Shown here: in pieces, positions 27,397 to 33,445 of the stretch
Numbering within the stretch: position 1 is the stretch's first letter
How the letters are laid out: each line of letters opens with the position of its first letter
DNA from: a virus
Lineage: Duplodnaviria; Caudoviricetes
Reading direction: 5' to 3' (one strand)
Virus record (IMG/VR): IMGVR_UViG_3300046167_000854
Span: 1 to 52,686 of that record
Length of the DNA stretch: 52,686 bases
The notes under the pieces: generated by a model
What the model was told of the DNA's origin: nothing
Seen by the model: only the letters and a program-made list of their open reading frames with translations
Database searches by the model: none
Position numbers and translations under genes: made by a program

Positions 27397-27840
27397 ATGG
27401 AATGGAGCAAGAGTCAACGCGCAGAATGTTTTGCAAAAAAACTGTCTGAACTTGGATATCCCGGTTGGGGTAGAGCTCAGCGTTTATCGGAGGAGCTTGG
27501 TGTGTCGCACAGTCAAGCATCAAATTGGCTGACCGGTGCAGTGCCCCGGGAGCACGGAGAAATAAAGCGGGTCGCTGACCATCTTGGCATCGACATCATG
27601 GAGTGGGTGTATGGCGCATCATCGTCCAGCATAAACATCAAAAAGCTGGTGAACTCTATTCAGTTCGTCAAGATCCTTGAACACGAAGACGAGCACGTCA
27701 TGAGCCCTGAACTGTTTGCCGAAATTTGTGTTGAGGCTTACGAAGATAAAATACAAGGTGCTGCGGTGCTGGATTCGCTAGCGGTCGTTGCGGATATTAG
27801 AAGTAGAGGTGCAAAAGATAGCGATGCGGAGACACGATAG
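27397..27840 (+). CDS. XRE-family repressor-like protein without an S24 peptidase domain
   Basis: GRAQRLSEELGVSHSQASNWLTGAVP...VADHLGIDIMEWVYG; divergent from the replication operon; short helical C-terminus. Confidence 0.8.
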   Translation: MEWSKSQRAECFAKKLSELGYPGWGRAQRLSEELGVSHSQASNWLTGAVPREHGEIKRVADHLGIDIMEWVYGASSSSINIKKLVNSIQFVKILEHEDEHVMSPELFAEICVEAYEDKIQGAAVLDSLAVVADIRSRGAKDSDAETR

Positions 27841-28345
27841 AGCTTACTGGAAGGATAAAGCAGCTAAATTACTAAAATCGCAAAGAGGCGTCTTGAACGT
27901 CAACATAGGACAGGGACCGGCTAAATCGCCAGAGGTTATGCCTGTGGTTGGAGTGACAGACGGTGTTTATATGGGCATCATGACTCGAGATTTTGGTACG
28001 GTTTACCGGGATCCCGGCGCCGATCAAGCCATGAAAAAATACGGCTTAGACCCGGACCATGCATGCCCGATGGAACAGCTTCGATTTAGACGTCCCGCTA
28101 TGTACAAAGCGATTACGGACTCGTCTACTGCGGTGCTGGCAACAGGGGAAAGCGTGCTCAACTTCTTGACCGAATACACGCCACTCCCTGAAGCTTACTT
28201 GTTGAAAATGGCGCCGCTCGATGAAGATCGGGTTATGTGGGTTTCTATCAACGTCATGATGCTTGCGTCCACGTCGGTTACACACTGGGGCGCACAAGTT
28301 GAAGAGTTCCTCGTTCAAAATAGCTTTTCACTAGAGGTAAATTGA
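27824..28345 (+). CDS. Stand-alone PAS-fold-like protein
   Basis: YMGIMTRDFGTVYRDPGA...G...RPAMYKAI..SSTAVLATGES...YLLKMAPLDEDRVMWVSINV follows PAS_4 spacing; overlaps the repressor stop. Confidence 0.55.
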   Translation: MRRHDRAYWKDKAAKLLKSQRGVLNVNIGQGPAKSPEVMPVVGVTDGVYMGIMTRDFGTVYRDPGADQAMKKYGLDPDHACPMEQLRFRRPAMYKAITDSSTAVLATGESVLNFLTEYTPLPEAYLLKMAPLDEDRVMWVSINVMMLASTSVTHWGAQVEEFLVQNSFSLEVN

Positions 28346-28384
28346 AATAAATCTCAACCCGGCATGTAAATTCTGTAATCAATA

Positions 28385-28413
28385 TTGACATGTCGGGATT
28401 CACAACATAATAT
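28385..28413 (+). promoter_or_regulatory. Sigma-70 promoter for the recombination operon
   Basis: TTGACA-N17-TAATAT; an imperfect inverted repeat CCCGGCATGTAAA/TTGACATGTCGGG overlaps the -35. Confidence 0.65.
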
Positions 28414-28445
28414 CCGTGATGAAAGTTTAATCATGGATTGTAAAC

Positions 28446-29138
28446 ATGGAATTGCCACAAACAGTGCAGACTCATATGTCTGCCGATCTGCAAAACGCTC
28501 TTGTCGAGTTTCACAAAAACGAAATTATTGTCCTCAAAGATTCTAGAGGCGGTTACGGCAAGTACGCTACTTATGAAAAGATTCTCGAGAAGGTGCGTCC
28601 CCGGATGCACGAGCAGAAGATTTTCTTTCAGCATATCTCTCACCCCACCGCAGGTGGCGCAGCAATTGAGACAGTGATCTACGGTCACGGCGGCTGCCTC
28701 TCTTCGGGCGTCGTTAGAATACCCGCAAGCAAACAAGACGAGCACAAGTACGGCGGGGCTATAACCTACGCAAAGCGCTACTCGCTGATGCTTGCGCTCG
28801 GGCTGGGTGGTGATGAGGACGTTATAGAGAGGTCGGCTGCGGAAGACTTACCAACAGCTGTTGAGGCAAAGAAGCAAACTGCGGTCAAGAAGGCGCCGGC
28901 TGGAAGAGCCGCACCAAAGAAAGCGAAACCGAATACGGCTGGTTCTGAAGAAGATGCTCAGCGCAGTGAGCTTTGGGCAGCCTCGGGAATGAAAGACGCA
29001 ACCACGCTCGAGACGGCAAAAAAATGCTATGCGCTCTATGAAAAAGGTTGCCGCAACAGAAAGCTAGACCCTCTGCCTGAGGTTTTCGGTCGCTGGACTG
29101 AAAGAAACTTTGATGCGGAGGGCAAAAAAATTGTCTAA
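28446..29138 (+). CDS. erf: ERF-family single-strand annealing protein
   Basis: KYATYEKIL...ETVIYGHGG...YGGAITYAKRYSL. Confidence 0.9.
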   Translation: MELPQTVQTHMSADLQNALVEFHKNEIIVLKDSRGGYGKYATYEKILEKVRPRMHEQKIFFQHISHPTAGGAAIETVIYGHGGCLSSGVVRIPASKQDEHKYGGAITYAKRYSLMLALGLGGDEDVIERSAAEDLPTAVEAKKQTAVKKAPAGRAAPKKAKPNTAGSEEDAQRSELWAASGMKDATTLETAKKCYALYEKGCRNRKLDPLPEVFGRWTERNFDAEGKKIV

Positions 29139-30150
29139 GCAGCAAGACAGCCAATGGCTTGAAGACCGAAAGCCCTATGTCACCGCAACCGGCTGCGCCG
29201 CCCTTGAGGGTAACAACCCATACGAGACCTCCAAGGACTATCTCCGCAAGAAGGTGAGAGACCTTTGCGGCATGCCCAGTGAGTTCGTTATGAGTCCAGC
29301 GGTACAGCACGGCTCTGATATGGAGGAGCTGGCTCGTGATTATTACGAGTATCACACAGGTCAGAATGTAACTGAGACCGGACTAATTGTTCACCCGACT
29401 TACCCCTTCCTTGCCGCAAGTCCCGATGGACTCGTTGGCTTGGATGGATGCATTGAGATTAAGTGTCCTTATCCTAAGTACAACAAGAAGCCCTACAGCG
29501 TTTTCGATCAAAAGAAAAAAATGTACCTGTGGCAGGTGTACGTGCAGATGGAGTGCCTTGACGTAAATTGGTGCGACTTTTTCTGCTACTTAGCCAAGGA
29601 CGAGGTGACGCCCCCGGATTTTTTGCTCGAGCGAGTGCAGCGCGTTGATGGTTGGCTATATGAGCAGGTTCCCGGCAAGCTGCTACCAGAGCCCTCATCC
29701 GGAACTGTGCAGCGAGTTAGCCTGTACGAAGCATGGTACGACCACATGCACATGATTGCCGGTGACGAGGAGCTCAGGCAGCAATTCCTCGAGCCCGCAC
29801 AGGGTGAGGTAGTTACGGTAAAGCCGACACTAGAGATGGAAGAGCTCAGTCAGTTACAGCAAAGGCTTGCCAGCTTGGAGGAGACCCACCGTGATGACCT
29901 TGATGAAATTGCCTCCATCAAAAAGAAATCTGATTCGCTGAAGAAAACCATAGCCGACCATTACAACTGCTCTGTCACAGACGGGCTGGTCACTGTTCAG
30001 CTTGTTAACCGAACCCCAACAATCGACTACCGAAAAGCCTATGAATACCTTGGCGGCGAACAAGCCGTCCTCGACCGGGGTGGCTCGCCAGAGTCATTCC
30101 GACGGGAAAACAACAACCGTCAAATCAACATTAAATATGGAGTTTTGTAA
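29110..30150 (+). CDS. YqaJ/lambda-exonuclease family protein (start may be TTG at 29131)
   Basis: WLEDRK..VTAT...HGSDMEELAR...LAASPDGLV...IEIKCP...YLWQVYVQM. Confidence 0.9.
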   Translation: MMRRAKKLSKQQDSQWLEDRKPYVTATGCAALEGNNPYETSKDYLRKKVRDLCGMPSEFVMSPAVQHGSDMEELARDYYEYHTGQNVTETGLIVHPTYPFLAASPDGLVGLDGCIEIKCPYPKYNKKPYSVFDQKKKMYLWQVYVQMECLDVNWCDFFCYLAKDEVTPPDFLLERVQRVDGWLYEQVPGKLLPEPSSGTVQRVSLYEAWYDHMHMIAGDEELRQQFLEPAQGEVVTVKPTLEMEELSQLQQRLASLEETHRDDLDEIASIKKKSDSLKKTIADHYNCSVTDGLVTVQLVNRTPTIDYRKAYEYLGGEQAVLDRGGSPESFRRENNNRQINIKYGVL

Positions 30151-30485
30151 TGAGCGAGAATTTTAAATCAAACGAGGGCAAGGCTTGGGCTGCCAAGCCT
30201 GAAGCTAAGCAGAGAGAGATGGAGCGACTCATGCAGTACGACTGGTTCCAAGGCAAGTCTGATCAAGACAAGCAGCAGATGATCCCTATCTACAGCGGGG
30301 TCATCAACAAGGTCAATATTCCGCAAGGGTCTGATGCCTACATCGATATCTGTAAGGAGCTAAGTCAAGCCGGGCAACCGCAGCTTTCTATCAGAATCAA
30401 TGAAAAAAAGGTGGCGACTCTGCAGACACCTGCACCCGCGCCTCAGCAAGAATCAGACCCATTTGGCGATCCGTTCTCAATTTAA
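30150..30485 (+). CDS. Putative ssDNA-binding / recombination accessory protein
   Basis: Follows erf and exo; acidic-aromatic tail QQESDPFGDPFSI. Confidence 0.55.
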   Translation: MSENFKSNEGKAWAAKPEAKQREMERLMQYDWFQGKSDQDKQQMIPIYSGVINKVNIPQGSDAYIDICKELSQAGQPQLSIRINEKKVATLQTPAPAPQQESDPFGDPFSI

Positions 30486-30497
30486 GGACATTAGTGT

Positions 30498-30893
30498 ATG
30501 GGACTGCGAATCACCAGAGCTGTAAACACGGTGGTTTTTGGGGGCTACGATTTGGATGAAACAAATCCAAACGCATCCTTCGACCACCGGATATGGATTC
30601 GCGGCGTCAGAAATTATCGAGACCGCCAAGAGGGGATCATAAACATCAAATCGGAATTGGGCGTTGAAGAGCACGTTATTCAGGTTGGAGATGATCCTCT
30701 GGAGCTTGCTCCCGACTTGGCGATTGAGATGGTTGGCGTCCGCGACAGGAGTGCCCAAGCCGAACCGTACTGCGAGGCTTGCGGCAGAGGTCATTCATTC
30801 ACGGATCGACAAACCCCTCAAGCAGAGCTGTCGCTGATCGCGCCACGCTCGTATCGATTAGTACGCGACAACGCACGGAGAAAGAAACGATGA
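30498..30893 (+). CDS. CsrA/RsmA-like protein, apparently tandem-fused, with a CxxC insert
   Basis: N-terminus GLRITRAVNTVVFGG resembles CsrA MLILTRRVGETLMIG; C-terminal half VGDDPLELAPDLAIEMVGV...QAELSLIAPRSYRLVRD resembles VGETLMIGDEVTVTVLGV..QVRIGVNAPKEVSVHRE. Confidence 0.6.
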   Translation: MGLRITRAVNTVVFGGYDLDETNPNASFDHRIWIRGVRNYRDRQEGIINIKSELGVEEHVIQVGDDPLELAPDLAIEMVGVRDRSAQAEPYCEACGRGHSFTDRQTPQAELSLIAPRSYRLVRDNARRKKR

Positions 30894-31126
30894 GCGAAGA
30901 ACAGCAGATCCAGGTTGGCGGCAATATTTACAACGTCTCCGATCTTAGCCAGCCCTGCAAGGAGCTTTTAGTCAGAGCGCAGAACGGTCAGAACGCACTG
31001 GCTGCTATGAGCACCACACTAGAGCTTGCTCGAATTGGCTTGGAAGTTATCAATCTAGACTTGAAAAAATTACTGCCCACCGAAGACTACGAGACCGGAG
31101 TCGCCGAAGGTGAGTTGATTCAATAA
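30890..31126 (+). CDS. Hypothetical protein (DUF6447-like)
   Basis: MSEEQQIQVGGNIYNVSDLSQPCKELL; CACGGAGA RBS. Confidence 0.7.
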   Translation: MSEEQQIQVGGNIYNVSDLSQPCKELLVRAQNGQNALAAMSTTLELARIGLEVINLDLKKLLPTEDYETGVAEGELIQ

Positions 31127-31280
31127 TCCCATCCTTGGGCTACTGTGGCGGGTTTCCATGTGTTTTCCCAGATCACAGGGAGGTTTGAGGCTCCTCTAGT
31201 AGCAACGCCTCACTAAATTATCGGTTGGCTCACGTTACGAGCTGGACCCTTAGCGCTTGCCCCTCTCGGGGGGCTTTTTT
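31127..31280 (+). ncRNA. Candidate sRNA with anti-GGA (anti-RBS) loops
   Basis: Four hairpins plus a terminator in a non-coding gap; loops TCCT, TTTCCATGTGTTTT and TCCTCTAGTAGCAAC; G-U pairs favour the plus strand. Confidence 0.5.
31259..31280 (+). terminator. Rho-independent terminator
   Basis: GCCCCT-CTCG-GGGGGC-TTTTTT. Confidence 0.85.
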
Positions 31281-31298
31281 AAGTCGGATTAAAAAAGG

Positions 31299-31328
31299 TT
31301 GAAGCATGCAGAAGGAACATCATATTAT
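31299..31328 (+). promoter_or_regulatory. Probable integrase promoter
   Basis: TTGAAG-N18-TATTAT after an A-tract, downstream of the terminator. Confidence 0.5.
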
Positions 31329-31371
31329 CGTTAAAGCTTCGGGCGCATCTCCGCAAACATGGAGAGACAAC

Positions 31372-32262
31372 ATGAAGCAATGGACGTTTAAAGAACTTGC
31401 AGGTGTTTATCTCAAGAGCAAGAGCTCTCGAGGCAAGGAAAGAAACGAAGTCGCGCACAGAGTCATTGGTGAGATGGGAGCCCGGTGGGGTGATCGACCA
31501 ATCGATGAGCTCAAGAAAGCTGAAATCTATATGATGCAGCAGGAGCTAATCGAGGATCGCGGTCTCGCACGAGCAACCGTCAATTGTTACCTGACTTATC
31601 TAAGAGCGATGCTGAATTTCGGGGTGGAGGAACTGGATCTTCAGTTTGTCCCGCCAAAAATCAAGCTGCTCGAGGAGAACAAGCGGACCAACTACTTAGA
31701 GCCAGACCAGATACAACGGCTTCTGAATAACTTGGATCCACTGCGCTCTGACATGGCGAAGTTTGCAGTCCACACCGGGATGCGAAACAACAATGTTAGA
31801 GCTTTGCGCTGGCGGTACGTTTCCCGCGATTTCACCGAGATCGTGATACCGGCACACGAGATGAAGAACAACAAGCCGTTGTGTATTCCTCTCGGTCGAA
31901 CGCTTCAAGCATTACTGAAGCGGCGTCACAATGAGAAGCTGGATATAGAGCATCGATACCCACGGCTGGGTGAAGTTGCTTATGTTTTTTTCCAGCAGTG
32001 CGGTAACCCGCTATCGGTAAAGGCGGTGTGCAACAAGACTTGGAGGAAGGCGGTTAAGAGTGCAGGTCTACCGGAAGGGACAACCTTTCACACCCTTCGC
32101 CACACGTTCGCCAGTCTGCACATAAAGAATGGCACTCAAGCTATTGAGCTAAAGGAGCTTGGTAACTGGAGTAGCTTGAACTCGATTGCCCGGTATACCC
32201 ACTTGGGAACTGAGCATAAGAGGACTGTGGTGAACAGGTTGGAAGGAGTACTCCAACCTTAA
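31372..32262 (+). CDS. int: Tyrosine integrase
   Basis: TGMR, K, FHTLRHTFAS, LGNW, RYTH catalytic motifs; RBS ACATGGAGAG before ATG 31372. Confidence 0.95.
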   Translation: MKQWTFKELAGVYLKSKSSRGKERNEVAHRVIGEMGARWGDRPIDELKKAEIYMMQQELIEDRGLARATVNCYLTYLRAMLNFGVEELDLQFVPPKIKLLEENKRTNYLEPDQIQRLLNNLDPLRSDMAKFAVHTGMRNNNVRALRWRYVSRDFTEIVIPAHEMKNNKPLCIPLGRTLQALLKRRHNEKLDIEHRYPRLGEVAYVFFQQCGNPLSVKAVCNKTWRKAVKSAGLPEGTTFHTLRHTFASLHIKNGTQAIELKELGNWSSLNSIARYTHLGTEHKRTVVNRLEGVLQP

Positions 32263-32305
32263 AAAAAAGAGGGATCCCCTGTTCATTGAACACCTCGGAT
32301 CCCTT
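32261..32305 (-). terminator. Long hairpin with a minus-strand U-tract right after int
   Basis: Plus strand A8-GAGGGATCC-CC-TGTTCATTGAACA-CCTC-GGATCCCTT. Confidence 0.5.
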
Positions 32306-32336
32306 GCGGTTAGGTTGGACCCCACAGGGGCAGACG

Positions 32337-32349
32337 TAACCTATTGATG
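32337..32349 (-). promoter_or_regulatory. IHF-like site, left arm of attP
   Basis: Minus strand CATCAATAGGTTA (one mismatch to WATCAANNNNTTR). Confidence 0.55.
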
Positions 32350-32368
32350 TGGCTGGTGAAACAGAATA

Positions 32369-32416
32369 TGGAGCGGGAAACGAGATTCGAACTCGCGACC
32401 TCAACCTTGGCAAGGT
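32369..32416 (-). other. attP core: 3' part of a host tRNA-Gly(GCC)
   Basis: Minus strand ACCTTGCCAAGGTTGAGGTCGCGAGTTCGAATCTCGTTTCCCGCTCCA: anticodon loop, T-arm, acceptor 3' strand and CCA, with no 5' half; about 100 bp from int. Confidence 0.92.
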
Positions 32417-32449
32417 GGAATCCCTTGTTATTTCTGGCTTAGCCAAGCA

Positions 32450-32462
32450 TATCAATAAGTTA
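32450..32462 (+). promoter_or_regulatory. IHF site, right arm of attP
   Basis: TATCAATAAGTTA matches WATCAANNNNTTR exactly. Confidence 0.65.
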
Positions 32463-32590
32463 CAAAGCACTCATGAGATGCGCTCGAGAGCTGCACTCTG
32501 CCCAGTGGACTACAACCTGTTTTAGGGGTCTCACCCCATCCGACCCGCCTTTGCGGGGGGTGAGATGCCCGTTTTATTTGGAGCAGAGTT

Positions 32591-32875
32591 ATGACCACTT
32601 GGAAAATATATCGAATTGTAGATCACAACGAATGTCCGCCGGTAACGACGTTTTTTGATACGTCCAAGAGTCACCGCAACTGTCTTGATGGCTTGATGGA
32701 ATCAGGTAAAGACCTGAAGCTAGTCGAGATTGAGACTGTTATGGTACGGCGCTCTAAATCAGACGTGGTGAACGTTCTTAACTACGCCTATTCATCGCCG
32801 GAGGTCGGTCATCTAGCTGATGTAGAGCCGGTTGAAGAGAAGCGATGCTATTCACACCTGAGACTGGTTAAGTGA
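32591..32875 (+). CDS. Hypothetical protein
   Basis: 94 aa; GGAG RBS. Confidence 0.7.
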   Translation: MTTWKIYRIVDHNECPPVTTFFDTSKSHRNCLDGLMESGKDLKLVEIETVMVRRSKSDVVNVLNYAYSSPEVGHLADVEPVEEKRCYSHLRLVK

Positions 32876-33144
32876 GCGAGGACGAGGTCAAGCAGGCTAT
32901 GGAGCTGCTCGACAAGGGTAAGACGTACGACGAGGTGTCATACGTTGTTGGGGTTCACTCAAGTACAATCATACGAAAGGTGCGGCAGTATAAGATCTAT
33001 GGGTCTTCGCTTTTCTCTAAGGACCCTAGTCCGATTACTTCGTGCGCTTGTGCTGATACGGAATCTTTTTCGAACCAGTCTTCGCCTTTTTCATCTTGGC
33101 TTTTTCAGCAGCGCTCATTTCAGAAGCAGTCTTCGGGGTCTTAG
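32872..33144 (+). CDS. Small HTH protein
   Basis: AMELLDKGKTYDEVSYVVGVHSSTIIRKVRQY; GTGA overlap; its low-complexity tail overlaps the convergent gene. Confidence 0.65.
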   Translation: MSEDEVKQAMELLDKGKTYDEVSYVVGVHSSTIIRKVRQYKIYGSSLFSKDPSPITSCACADTESFSNQSSPFSSWLFQQRSFQKQSSGS

Positions 33145-33286
33145 CCGAGACACGCTTTGATGGTCGGCAAGCGGGGTATCCTTTACGCTTATCCTTCTTG
33201 CCAGACCTTCCGCACTTCTTCCCAGTCTTGATATCAACCCAGTCCTCTTTGAACCAACGAGTTAATCCGCCATCACTTTTTGCCAC
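33035..33286 (-). CDS. Small basic protein
   Basis: GGLTRWFKEDWVDIKTGKKCGR...YPACRP. Confidence 0.75.
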   Translation of the reverse strand: MAKSDGGLTRWFKEDWVDIKTGKKCGRSGKKDKRKGYPACRPSKRVSAKTPKTASEMSAAEKAKMKKAKTGSKKIPYQHKRTK

Positions 33287-33437
33287 TTTTCTTCACCGTT
33301 TTGTATTTGCCGCCACGTTTTTTGTACTCACGTACTAGCCAGCCGTTCGCATAGGCTGATGGATAGACCTTGAACTTCTTCTTTGCCGCTGCCTTTACGC
33401 GGGCATAGAGAGCTTTATCTGTGGGTTCGTTTGCCAC
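33273..33437 (-). CDS. Small basic protein (DUF5872-like, 54 aa)
   Basis: Read manually: PTDKALYARVKAAAKKKFKVYPSAYANGWLVREYKKRGGKY; AGGAGG RBS. Confidence 0.75.
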   Translation of the reverse strand: MANEPTDKALYARVKAAAKKKFKVYPSAYANGWLVREYKKRGGKYKTVKKSGKK

Positions 33438-33445
33438 TGTGCCTC

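Noticed and set aside
31127-31212. Minus-strand CsrB/RsmZ-like decoy RNA (GGA loops, including CAAGGAUG)
   Set aside because: G-U pairs and the terminator favour the plus strand and I see no clear minus-strand promoter. Demoted rather than excluded; stranded RNA-seq would decide.
32369-32416. Functional phage tRNA-Gly gene
   Set aside because: The 5' acceptor strand and D-arm are missing; it is an att core.
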